Shown: positions 24,620 to 33,227 of the stretch, one piece after another
How the letters are laid out: each line of letters begins with the position of its first letter
How positions within the stretch are numbered: the first letter of the stretch is position 1
Source of the DNA: Candidatus Aenigmatarchaeota archaeon
GTDB lineage: Archaea > Aenigmatarchaeota > Aenigmatarchaeia > JACPZZ01
Length of the DNA stretch: 54,754 nucleotides
NCBI GenBank assembly: GCA_016177205.1
Contig: JACOVS010000039.1
Span: 1-54,754 of the forward strand
Direction of reading: 5' to 3'
Translations under genes and position numbers: made by a program
The notes under the pieces: model-generated
What the model saw: only the letters and a program-made list of their open reading frames with translations
What the model was told of the DNA's origin: nothing
Databases searched by the model: none

Positions 24620-25699
24620 ATGAAATACGAGCCTGTCGATGCCATCAAAGACTCGTGCTCCAGGATACTCTCGCGCTACGGCAGCAGGATAAAGGCCATA
24701 TGGATCTACGGGTCTTTTGCGCGGGGCGACGCCAAGCGGACGTCGGACATTGACGTAATGACCCTGGTCGACGACGCGACGTCGGATATTTCAGGCTCAA
24801 CGCTTGCTGAGATTACCGACGCTATTTCCGCAATAAACAGGGACGTCAAGGAGAAGACAAAAATAAACATCCACTTCCAGCCTGCGAAAAGATTAACGGA
24901 CTGGTGGGACCTGCTGCGCTCCGGCGAACCGTGGGTCTTCACTTCGATGCGCGACGCCTTGCCCGTTTATGACCCGTCAGGATACGTCGAGCCGTTAAGC
25001 CGGCTGCTGAAGGAAGGGCGTTTAACAGGAACATCAGAACGCTCCCAGCTGCTGATCCAGCGCGCGCCGTCGCGTTTGGAGGATGTACGCAAAATATTTT
25101 TGGAGGACATAACGTCGGACCTGCTGTTTGCCATGGTCGAAGCGGGGCAGGCGGTTTTAATGTTCTACGGCATCGCGCCTCCGTCTGCGAAAAATCTCGG
25201 AAACGCCCTGCGTAAAAATTTTGTATCTAAAAAAATCCTTGAAAATTACTATACGACAATCGTGGACGATTTCTACGAGTTGACGAGAAAGATCGATCAT
25301 AGCGAGCTCACAAAGCTAAAGGCCGTGGAAATTTATTCGTGGGTTTCGAAGGCCCGCGATTTCATTTACAGGATGGAGGACATTTTCTCTAAGTTGGAGA
25401 GCGAAAAGAAAAAGGAGATGATCGAAGAGTCGAATGAAGTGGCGTTCACGGCCTGCAGGAACATACTGAAACGGAAGGGCGTAAAGGTTAACGAGGAAAA
25501 CATCCTGCATTTCGTGGAAAAGGAGCTGGTGAAAACGGGTTTGGTGTCTAAAGGCTACCTGGAAATTTTGAAAAAAATAAAATCCATGAAAGAGGCGTCC
25601 GACAAAAACAGGCTGCATGAAATAACGGAGAAGGACGTGTACACGTCCCGCCTTTACGCAAAAAACCTTGAAACCCTTCTTAAAGAGGTCAGGAAATGA
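24620..25699 (+). CDS. nucleotidyltransferase-domain protein (Pol-beta/MNT-type) with a helical HEPN/KNTase_C-like C-terminal region, long form
   Basis: IWIYGSFARGDAKRTSDIDVMTLVDD (GS...DxD). Downstream conserved PVYDPSGY...LLKEGRLTGT. Confidence 0.75.
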   Translation: MKYEPVDAIKDSCSRILSRYGSRIKAIWIYGSFARGDAKRTSDIDVMTLVDDATSDISGSTLAEITDAISAINRDVKEKTKINIHFQPAKRLTDWWDLLRSGEPWVFTSMRDALPVYDPSGYVEPLSRLLKEGRLTGTSERSQLLIQRAPSRLEDVRKIFLEDITSDLLFAMVEAGQAVLMFYGIAPPSAKNLGNALRKNFVSKKILENYYTTIVDDFYELTRKIDHSELTKLKAVEIYSWVSKARDFIYRMEDIFSKLESEKKKEMIEESNEVAFTACRNILKRKGVKVNEENILHFVEKELVKTGLVSKGYLEILKKIKSMKEASDKNRLHEITEKDVYTSRLYAKNLETLLKEVRK

Positions 25700-26445
25700 A
25701 CGGGAAAAAAACAAAGTCTTTGATAAACAGGATGACAAAAAAATATCCGGCTGTTGTCAAATCCATCTGGATGACCCCCTCTTCTGAAAAGGGCGAGGGC
25801 GACACGGTTATATTCCTTCTCGATGACACTAACCAGGTGGATTCCATAACAACTAACGAAATAAAGCTGGAGGCGCAAAAAATATCAAAAGCACTCAAGC
25901 TTCGCGGCAGGACTGGCCTGGTATTTTACAAGTTATCCGATTACTGGGAACTGGTCCGGCACGGCTCGCCCGTGACGTTCACGGAGATACGCGAGGGCAT
26001 TCCGTTATACGACCCGTCAGGCTTCTTTCTGCCGCTAAAAAAACTTTTGGTGGACGGGCGCGTGCCCGGCACAAAAGAGGCCATGAAATCGCTGATACAA
26101 CAATCCCCTCTGCGGCTGCTGCGTATAGAGCGCACGCACATGGTTTCAATAATGGACGCGCTGTCGTCCGCCGTCGTCGACGCAGCGCAAGCTCCTTTGA
26201 TGTCCGTTGGTGTGTCGCCGCCGGCGCCGAAAAAAGTGCCGGAACAATTGCGCATACATTTTGTCCGGAAAAGAAAATTGCCCCCCGAGTATGTGAAATA
26301 TTACGAGGACGTGATAAAAACCTGGAAGCTGCTGGAACACGGAGAATTGAAAGTCGTCGCGCCGGAAAAAATTGACGAGCTGGTTGAAAAGGCGACGCGT
26401 TTTGTCATTAAAATGGAAGAGCTTATGCAGAAGATAGGAAAATAA
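25696..26445 (+). CDS. nucleotidyltransferase-like protein with a degenerate active site, short form
   Basis: Homologous to the upstream gene (PLYDPSGFFLPLKKLLVDGRVPGT), but the GS/DxD region reads IWMTPSSEKGEGDTVIFLLDD. The start overlaps the upstream stop (ATGA). Confidence 0.65.
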   Translation: MNGKKTKSLINRMTKKYPAVVKSIWMTPSSEKGEGDTVIFLLDDTNQVDSITTNEIKLEAQKISKALKLRGRTGLVFYKLSDYWELVRHGSPVTFTEIREGIPLYDPSGFFLPLKKLLVDGRVPGTKEAMKSLIQQSPLRLLRIERTHMVSIMDALSSAVVDAAQAPLMSVGVSPPAPKKVPEQLRIHFVRKRKLPPEYVKYYEDVIKTWKLLEHGELKVVAPEKIDELVEKATRFVIKMEELMQKIGK

Positions 26446-26446
26446 T

Positions 26447-26932
26447 CTATTTGGCGTTCCAGTCAACAGTTTTTCCCTTTGATTTTGCAAGGGCTTCCAA
26501 TTCTTTTTTAAGGTCTTCAACCCGTTCTTTGTGGTGCCCAAACTCTTCTGCTATGTCCGTGGGCATGCCTGGCCCGGTGAAATACCCCACCTGACCCTCT
26601 ATGTCCTTTATCGCTCTTCTTGCTGCCGGGCTGGCTTTTCCTCCGCGGGAAATTCTTTCCATCTCATCGTTTACCTTTTGGTATCCGTCGCTTATTTCCC
26701 TCTGCGCGTCGCCTAAGATTGTTTTGGTAAGAATGTCCATCTTTGTTTTGGCGCCTTCGTAAAAACTTTCCATAGCGGTGCCCGCGTAATCCTCTTCTTT
26801 AGGTATCATGCTTTTTGCGTGCTTCATTTCATTGAAAGCTGATGCGTACCTGCCTTGGGCCGCACTGCTTTGTGCTGCGGAAAGGGCTCTATTTATGGCT
26901 TCCAGTTTACGCTCGTAATTTTCCTTAACCAT
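26447..26932 (-). CDS. helical protein, distant relative of the EIRGYAR family
   Basis: 161 aa, N-terminal LEAINRALSAAQ, predicted all-helical. Confidence 0.5.
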   Translation of the reverse strand: MVKENYERKLEAINRALSAAQSSAAQGRYASAFNEMKHAKSMIPKEEDYAGTAMESFYEGAKTKMDILTKTILGDAQREISDGYQKVNDEMERISRGGKASPAARRAIKDIEGQVGYFTGPGMPTDIAEEFGHHKERVEDLKKELEALAKSKGKTVDWNAK

Positions 26933-26968
26933 GATTAAAAAAAGCTTTACAAGGTTAAATTAGTTAGC

Positions 26969-27646
26969 TCAGTAGAATTTCCTTTTCTTTATCGCCTTGG
27001 TGTGTTTTTTCTGTTCCCTCTCCCACTCCTTGTTGGTTTTCCTGATGTCGGCGTTGTCCACGTTTTGCCTGTGTCTGGCTTCCTCTACGTCTATGTGCGA
27101 GCTGGCGGTATCGAACGAGTCTCTTGCCTCGATGAAAAAGCTATCGTCTGCGGCACGGTCGTACAGGCCCTGGTTCCTAAGTTCATCTCTGATTCTTGCC
27201 ACATACCTTGTTTGGTCCGCGACCGTCTGCCTGGCGTTATCCATGTCTTTTTTGACTGCAGTTGCGGAAACCCTTGGCATCATTCCGAACCTTGCCTCGT
27301 ACCTGGTCCGCTCTTTGTTTATGGTCGCCTTCAATGAGCCTACCCTCGAATCCACGTCTTTCACAACGCCTTCGACCACCTTTCTTGCATAACCCCTGAT
27401 CTCCTGTTTCAGGTTTTTGACAGCGTCCTCAAGCCTTGCATACCTCGCAGCCTCGACGGGTTCGGCTGATACGGCTTTTCTGTAAGAATCGAAAGTTGTC
27501 TCGGCCCGCCTGAATTGGTCTGCTGCAGCTGTTAAAACCCGGACTGGTTCAACCCGCTTTCCGTCAACTTTACCTGTGCTGATGATGGCCCTGCCGGATT
27601 CTATCGCATTGATAGCCGCTTGGTAATCGTTGGCGCCCGCAACCAT
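26969..27646 (-). CDS. helical basic protein, paralog family (EIRGYAR motif)
   Basis: 225 aa. YQAAINAIESGR and LKQEIRGYARKV. Lys-rich tail KKHTKAIKKRKFY. Confidence 0.6.
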   Translation of the reverse strand: MVAGANDYQAAINAIESGRAIISTGKVDGKRVEPVRVLTAAADQFRRAETTFDSYRKAVSAEPVEAARYARLEDAVKNLKQEIRGYARKVVEGVVKDVDSRVGSLKATINKERTRYEARFGMMPRVSATAVKKDMDNARQTVADQTRYVARIRDELRNQGLYDRAADDSFFIEARDSFDTASSHIDVEEARHRQNVDNADIRKTNKEWEREQKKHTKAIKKRKFY

Positions 27647-27661
27647 GGTATCTAAAATTAA

Positions 27662-28420
27662 TTAGGCGCGCACGTATTTAAACAATTCCAGAAACTCTTC
27701 TTCGGCAAAATGCAGGTTTCCGGGAATTATCAAAACCGCGGGCAGTCCGTAACCGTCTTTTAGCAGCTCTTCAATTTTGCCGTAAACGATTCTAGATTTC
27801 CCGGAACCCAGAAGGCTCATCACAACTATTTTACGCCCCCTGAGCAGGTTTTCCGTGTCCAGTTTTTCCAATATTTGTAAAGCCTCTTCAGCCAGCAGGT
27901 TTTTGTTGTTTTCAACGTCAATGTCCAGGAGCAGCAGCGTGTGCAAGCCCAGCGACAAGTTTCCTTTTATCGCGCCATAAACCGATTCCGGCAACACGCC
28001 GCCTGTTTTTTCAGGCAGCGGTATTGTTACAGTCTTGCCGAACTTGTAAATCTGCAGCCCGCATTCCGCGACAGCTGTGAAAATGGACGATGCGTGAATT
28101 ACGCGCGTTTCAACGCCCGCTTTTGCCGACTGCGTTAAAAGGTCCGGGTGTGTCGTCGCAGCTAGCGGGTCGCCCTGGATTAAAAAACAAACCCTCTTTG
28201 ACCGGGCTTCGTCTATGATCCTGCCCGAGCGTTCTTCAACATCCCTTCTTTTCAAAATAACAACATCCTTCCCTGACAGTTCTTCAAGCCTTTCCACGCT
28301 GCCGTTCCAGAGTCCGGTATACAGCTCTGCGTAGACAACGTCCGCCCGTTTGACCTCCTCAATCCCCTTTAGCGATATATCCGTCTCGTCCCACAAGCCC
28401 AAGCCTACCAGGGTTAACAC
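27662..28420 (-). CDS. dph5: diphthine synthase
   Basis: MLTLVGLGLWDETDISLKGIEEVKRADVVYAELYT and GDPLAATTH tetrapyrrole-methylase-fold motifs. 252 aa. Confidence 0.9.
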   Translation of the reverse strand: MLTLVGLGLWDETDISLKGIEEVKRADVVYAELYTGLWNGSVERLEELSGKDVVILKRRDVEERSGRIIDEARSKRVCFLIQGDPLAATTHPDLLTQSAKAGVETRVIHASSIFTAVAECGLQIYKFGKTVTIPLPEKTGGVLPESVYGAIKGNLSLGLHTLLLLDIDVENNKNLLAEEALQILEKLDTENLLRGRKIVVMSLLGSGKSRIVYGKIEELLKDGYGLPAVLIIPGNLHFAEEEFLELFKYVRA

Positions 28421-28472
28421 AGCTATCAGTTGTCCGACAAACCTTAAATGGGGTAAGAATTGTATATTAAAT

Positions 28473-28931
28473 ATGGAATGGCTCCGCGCCGCGCACAGGC
28501 TGCTTCACCGGGAACACCTAGTGTGGACAATGACGCCCAAAGCCAATGTCGCAATAGCGCTGCTTGCCGCCCTGTTTTTCCTGAAATCCACAACCTTGTA
28601 CCCGCAGGCTGGCACCCTGATCTACGCCGGTTTTTTGCTCGGTGTGTCCGTGGGCTTCTTTTTTGGAGCCTACTGGCACCACGCGTTTTCAACGCATTGG
28701 AATTTTTACCGCAGGTTCTACAACGCCGGGACAAAAGCCAAGGACAGGCTGAAAATGCTGGCCGAAAAGATAGACTATGAAATTCCCGGTTACATAGCCG
28801 CCGTAATCTTCGGTTTTGTGCTTGTCTACGTGTCGTTAAGCGGGTTTGTCTGGCTGTCGTCCGGCATGTTCTTCGGTTTTATTTTCGGCGGGTCGATCGC
28901 GTTGGCAATCGTTTTAAAGTATCTGGAATGA
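28473..28931 (+). CDS. small membrane protein (start at the first ATG)
   Basis: About 4 hydrophobic helices. The upstream part of the track ORF overlaps dph5 and is unlikely to be coding. Confidence 0.5.
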   Translation: MEWLRAAHRLLHREHLVWTMTPKANVAIALLAALFFLKSTTLYPQAGTLIYAGFLLGVSVGFFFGAYWHHAFSTHWNFYRRFYNAGTKAKDRLKMLAEKIDYEIPGYIAAVIFGFVLVYVSLSGFVWLSSGMFFGFIFGGSIALAIVLKYLE

Positions 28932-28956
28932 GTTTGTTGCTCTCCCGCCAAGAAAA

Positions 28957-29331
28957 TCATTTCACAAATTCCACGTTGTCCATCCCCTTGAATGCTTTAT
29001 CCCCTGTCAGGAATTTCATCTCTTCCTCCTTTGCCATAGCGTAGCCTAATGCATCGGCATAGGATAGATTAAGCCTCAAGTTTTCAAGCCTGAATTTAGA
29101 CGCATTAAATATGTGGCCATCGCTTATTTGAATAGCAAACTGCCTAAAACGCTTAAAGCAATTTTTTGCGAAATCCTCGCCGTTGGTTTTCAATAGGTTA
29201 TAGTAAAGTTCGTACAGGTTTTGCAATGATGTGGAAAGATCGCAGTTAATGTATTTCTCATACCTGGGGTTTCCATTAATTATTTCAAACATGGCAAATG
29301 TGTCCAAAAAAAACCTTACCATCTGCTCCAC
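28957..29331 (-). CDS. vapC: PIN-domain toxin (VapC-like)
   Basis: FLDT...E near the N-terminus, SYADALGYAMA, FLTGD. Overlaps the upstream antitoxin gene. Confidence 0.75.
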   Translation of the reverse strand: MEQMVRFFLDTFAMFEIINGNPRYEKYINCDLSTSLQNLYELYYNLLKTNGEDFAKNCFKRFRQFAIQISDGHIFNASKFRLENLRLNLSYADALGYAMAKEEEMKFLTGDKAFKGMDNVEFVK

Positions 29332-29537
29332 TCCCTTCTAAGGTCGTTTTTGATTTTTTGGGAGTCCAGCTTATTGTGCTTCAGCGACCCGAAAATCTCC
29401 CTGATAGTGTTCCTTTTACTTATTTCCAACACAACCGTGTCCCCTTCGCGCAGCCCTTTCTGTTTCACAACCTCGCTGGGTATCACAACGCCTAACGAAG
29501 AACCCCACCTCTTCACCGTCGATTGCGTTTCGCCCAT
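29316..29537 (-). CDS. vapB: AbrB/SpoVT-type antitoxin (VapB-like)
   Basis: RWGSSLGVVIPSEVVKQKGLREGDTVVLEI swapped-hairpin motif. 73 aa. Confidence 0.75.
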   Translation of the reverse strand: MGETQSTVKRWGSSLGVVIPSEVVKQKGLREGDTVVLEISKRNTIREIFGSLKHNKLDSQKIKNDLRREWSRW

Positions 29538-29607
29538 AACACCACTAGTTAGATTATATATTAGATATAACTATTTAAGCGTTTGCGTTGTGACGTTCCG
29601 ATAAAAA

Positions 29608-29847
29608 TTATATTATCTCGCCTAGGTTTTCCGCAGTCTCCACAATCGCCCACGAATACACGCACGCCTCGAACGCCAGGAACAAATTTCCTTCTTTTAA
29701 CCAATGCCTGCAATCGTCGCGGTACGCCTCGGCGTTGCGCAGCGCGTCGGAGCCGCCCTTGCTTTTAGCCTCGACAGAGTTCAGCTTTTTATCCAATCGC
29801 TCTAACCACTTGACAACCTCGGCCTTTGGTATGCGGTCGTTGACCAT
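29608..29847 (-). CDS. small conserved archaeal protein (DUF357-like)
   Basis: 79 aa. LRNAEAYRDDCRHWLKEGNLFLAFEACVYSWAIVE resembles the DUF357 pattern as I remember it. Confidence 0.5.
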   Translation of the reverse strand: MVNDRIPKAEVVKWLERLDKKLNSVEAKSKGGSDALRNAEAYRDDCRHWLKEGNLFLAFEACVYSWAIVETAENLGEII

Positions 29848-29976
29848 TCAAATCCTTCCCAGAAACTTTAACACCAGAAACACGCCAGCCAGGAACATTA
29901 ACAGCCAGTAAACAAAGATAAGCTTATTCCGTCCGTTTTTCAGGAAATTTTTTACCGAGTCTGTGGTTATCTCCAT
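29848..29976 (-). CDS. possible 42-aa single-pass membrane miniprotein (below the ORF-track cutoff)
   Basis: My translation is MEITTDSVKNFLKNGRNKLIFVYWLLMFLAGVFLVLKFLGRI. Its stop abuts the start of the DUF357-like gene. Confidence 0.3.
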   Translation of the reverse strand: MEITTDSVKNFLKNGRNKLIFVYWLLMFLAGVFLVLKFLGRI

Positions 29977-30073
29977 CAAACTAATTCTGCCAACAAGCTA
30001 AAAAATAAGTAACGTGCTCTGCAAGCGCTTCATCGCACTATATTCTCCGGTGTACGAGTATCTCTTCCGGTGT

Positions 30074-31198
30074 TCAAGCAATCGTGTCTATCCCAAGCTC
30101 GCTTATCCCCAGGGTCGGCGTTGCCGTCCTGGTGACCTGGCCAAGTATATACGGGCTGCTTACCCCTGTTATTATCGTTATTACCTGGACCTTGCCATGG
30201 AAATCCGGTTGGACCCTTGCGCCCCATATTACCTGCGCCGAAGAATCCAAGTGCGAGGATACGATCGCGCCGATCTGGTTTACTTCGGACAATTTGAGGT
30301 CAGGCCCCCCGGTTATGTGTATTAATGCCCCAGACGCGCCCTGGTAGTCAACTTCCAGCAGGGGATTCTGCAACGCCTTTGTTACAGCGTCGCGCGCCCT
30401 GTCTGAACTGTTCGAGAAGCCGAGCCCGATTGCGGCAACGCCGCCCGAGTGCATTATCGCCTTGACGTCGGCGTAGTCCAGATTGACTAACGACGGCAGC
30501 GTTATGGTTTCGGTTATGCCCTTCACCATTCCCGCGATCAGCTCGTCCGCAACAGCGAAAGCCTGTTGTATTGGCAGGTCGCCCGCAAATTCGAGCAGCT
30601 TGTCATTTTCAATGACAATAACCGTGTCGCACGCCTCGCGCAATTTGCCTAATCCGTTTTCGGCTTTCACAATGCGCGCGCCTTCTATTTTAAACGGCAT
30701 GGTCACAACGCCGATAACGATCGCGCCCATCTCCTTGGCTATTTCAGAAACGACCGGCGCAGAGCCTGTTCCTGTTCCGCCGCCCATGCCTGCTGTTAAG
30801 AAGACCAGGTCAGCTCCGGTCAAGGACTCTTTCAGCTGTGTGCGGCTTTCCTCCGCAGCCTTCTTTCCGATCTCCGGATAACCGCCCGCTCCCAAACCTC
30901 TTGTCAGCTCCTTGCCGATCAAAATCTTCTTGTCGGCCTTTATGACCGCTAAATGCTTCGCGTCGGTGTTAAGCGCAACAGTAGACGCGCCCTCAACGCC
31001 CATTTCCGCAAGCCTGTTGATGGAGTTCGTGCCTCCACCTCCGCATCCCACCACAACAATTCTGGCGCGTTTCATGCTAAAACCGAACTCTTGCTCGGTT
31101 ATCTTCTCGTAATCAAAGTTTTTCATGGTAACTCCGGATTCCGCAGAACCATGGCCCGACGCCGTTCCCCGGCTCAGAACCGACTCCAATATTGACAT
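30074..31198 (-). CDS. ftsZ: cell division protein FtsZ
   Basis: [48 protein letters not shown]. The start is set at the ATG preceded by GGAGGGG. Confidence 0.9.
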   Translation of the reverse strand: MSILESVLSRGTASGHGSAESGVTMKNFDYEKITEQEFGFSMKRARIVVVGCGGGGTNSINRLAEMGVEGASTVALNTDAKHLAVIKADKKILIGKELTRGLGAGGYPEIGKKAAEESRTQLKESLTGADLVFLTAGMGGGTGTGSAPVVSEIAKEMGAIVIGVVTMPFKIEGARIVKAENGLGKLREACDTVIVIENDKLLEFAGDLPIQQAFAVADELIAGMVKGITETITLPSLVNLDYADVKAIMHSGGVAAIGLGFSNSSDRARDAVTKALQNPLLEVDYQGASGALIHITGGPDLKLSEVNQIGAIVSSHLDSSAQVIWGARVQPDFHGKVQVITIITGVSSPYILGQVTRTATPTLGISELGIDTIA

Positions 31199-31384
31199 AC
31201 AATTCCCCTCCTTACATTCCCCAAACAATGGTAGACCAGCCTAAGCTTGTTAAGCCAGTCAATACAGGAAACAAAAGTTTCCCTGCATAGGCTGATAGAC
31301 AGCCTATACGTGCAAAAAATTATCCAGTTTGCCGTTCCTGCCGCACAAACGGGATAGGTTACCGCATCCCGTATTAGTGCAAAC

Positions 31385-31409
31385 AAAAAAACCGGCGTAG
31401 CCGAACGCC
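31385..31409 (-). terminator. hairpin GGCGT-N6-ACGCC followed by a T7 run (coding-strand sense) inside the ftsZ upstream region
   Basis: Read directly. Oligo-T tracts act as archaeal terminators. Confidence 0.35.
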
Positions 31410-31460
31410 ATTTACACAAGGAGCTAATTCTCCCTAATTGATAATAATTAGTGAAACTGT

Positions 31461-31468
31461 TATATAAA
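31461..31468 (-). promoter_or_regulatory. canonical archaeal TATA box TTTATATA (minus strand)
   Basis: Exact TTTATATA about 55 nt downstream of the thrS stop and about 265 nt upstream of the ftsZ ATG. Confidence 0.45.
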
Positions 31469-31522
31469 CTTTTTCCGCCGTAGCCCTTGGTTTTCGCGGG
31501 ATTGCGCGCATTTCACGATTTT

Positions 31523-33187
31523 CTACGACCTGCGCAAAATCGCAAACTGTGTTTCTTTTACGAACTCCTCAAGGTTCACGTCGTAGTTTGTTTTCCCATC
31601 CCTGCTGCGGATGGCAATGGTTTTCTTTTCCTCCTCCTTGTCGCCGATCACGACAGCATAAAAAACTTTTTGCAAAGAAGCGCTGCGAATCTTATACTCC
31701 AATGTATGGTTTTCATAATCGCCTTCCACCCTGATTCCAGCCGCGGCCAGCGCGGCAACAGCCTTTTTTGCGTATCCTACGTTGTTGTCGGTTATCGGCA
31801 AAACTTTGACCTGCACCGGAGATAGCCACAACGGGAACGACCCGTTGTAATGCTCGGTTAATATCCCTAAAAATCTCTCTACGCTTCCGTATATCGCGCG
31901 GTGTATCATTATCGGCGTGGCGTCCTTGCCGCTGGCGTCGGCGTACGCAACGGAAAACCTTTGCGGCATAAAAAAATCAACCTGTATAGTACCGCACTGC
32001 CACGTTCTCCCGAGCGAGTCCTTGATATGGAAATCTATCTTCGGCCCGTAGAACGCCCCGTCACCCGGGTTGGTCTTGTAATTCAGGTTTCGCTTCTTCA
32101 GCACGTCCTCCAGGGCTTTTTCGGCCTTGCTCCAAAACTCGTCCGACCCTATCGAATTCTCCGGCCTTGTTGAAAGCTCGACGCGGAAATCAAAGCCGAA
32201 CTGGTTGTAAAACTCTTCGACCAGGCCCACGACCTTTGTTAGCTCTTCTTCCAGCTGGTCAGGCCGTACGAACAGGTGCGCGTCGTCCTGCGTAAACTCG
32301 CGCACGCGGAACAGCCCTCCCAGCACACCGCTTAACTCGTTCCTGTGTATGATGCCGAACTCTGATACCCGCAACGGCAGTTCGCGGTAGCTTCGCCTGC
32401 TGTTTTTAAAAAATAATATCGCGCCCGGACAATTCATCGGCTTCATTGCGTACTGGGCGTCCTCGGTTTCGGTGAAAAACATGCCGTCCTTGTAGTGATC
32501 CCAGTGCCCGCTCTGCTCCCACAGGCTCTTCTTCATGATTATCGGTGTCATTATTTCCACGTAACCCGCGGCGGCCTGCTTCTCCCGTGAGAACTTTATC
32601 AGCTCATTCCTCAAAACCATGCCGCCCGGGTGGTACAGCGTCATGCCTGGCGCCTCTGGTTGGAAACTGAACAAATCAAGTTTTTGGCCTAAAACCCTGT
32701 GGTCGTTGTCCGGTAACTCAACAGGCTGTTCCCCGACTTTCTTAATCTCAACCTTGGCAGCCTCTTTTACAGCAGGCTTGCCTGTGAAAGAGCGGGACAT
32801 CTCAGCCATCGGATGGCCTTTAACGCTGATAGTTAAGCGCTTGTTCCAGCCAAACGGCGCGTGGTTAACGTCCAAACCAAGCTCCTTGGCGCGCTTCTCC
32901 ATCTCAAGTATCAGATCCATCGCGTCAAACGGCGCTGCCAGGTTTGAACTTAGGTGCGCATACGGGTAGATCAACAGCCTGCCCACTTTCAGCCGCCCCA
33001 TGAACTTGTGGACGTCTTCAACCGCCCATCTGGCCGTCTCTTTCGTGTCGCCCTTCTCAACCGCTGTCAAGACAGCCAGGACATCATTGAAAGAGTATTT
33101 CTTCAGCTCAACCTCTTCAGCCTGCTTTATCTCTTTTTTAACAGGCTCGTACTCGATGTTGTCGCAATGCAACTGCAGTATTTTCAT
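31523..33187 (-). CDS. thrS: threonyl-tRNA synthetase, archaeal type with N-terminal editing domain
   Basis: N-terminal MKILQLHCDNIEYEPV...LIYPYAHLS (archaeal editing domain). Class II motifs HRNELSGVLGGLFRVREFTQDDAHLF. Confidence 0.9.
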   Translation of the reverse strand: MKILQLHCDNIEYEPVKKEIKQAEEVELKKYSFNDVLAVLTAVEKGDTKETARWAVEDVHKFMGRLKVGRLLIYPYAHLSSNLAAPFDAMDLILEMEKRAKELGLDVNHAPFGWNKRLTISVKGHPMAEMSRSFTGKPAVKEAAKVEIKKVGEQPVELPDNDHRVLGQKLDLFSFQPEAPGMTLYHPGGMVLRNELIKFSREKQAAAGYVEIMTPIIMKKSLWEQSGHWDHYKDGMFFTETEDAQYAMKPMNCPGAILFFKNSRRSYRELPLRVSEFGIIHRNELSGVLGGLFRVREFTQDDAHLFVRPDQLEEELTKVVGLVEEFYNQFGFDFRVELSTRPENSIGSDEFWSKAEKALEDVLKKRNLNYKTNPGDGAFYGPKIDFHIKDSLGRTWQCGTIQVDFFMPQRFSVAYADASGKDATPIMIHRAIYGSVERFLGILTEHYNGSFPLWLSPVQVKVLPITDNNVGYAKKAVAALAAAGIRVEGDYENHTLEYKIRSASLQKVFYAVVIGDKEEEKKTIAIRSRDGKTNYDVNLEEFVKETQFAILRRS

Positions 33188-33227
33188 GGCTAACCCTAGT
33201 GTATTAGGTGGGAAGTTTTATTATTCT

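Noticed and set aside
28350-28472. N-terminal extension of the 193-aa plus-strand ORF overlapping dph5
   Set aside because: The extension overlaps the dph5 5' coding region on the opposite strand and has no hydrophobic or conserved character. The ATG at 28473 gives a compact membrane protein.
31174-31419. 81-aa minus-strand ORF in the ftsZ upstream region
   Set aside because: It has a Cys/Trp/Arg-rich improbable composition, runs through the hairpins and into the ftsZ start, and has no ribosome-binding site. I treated the region as non-coding RNA or leader instead.
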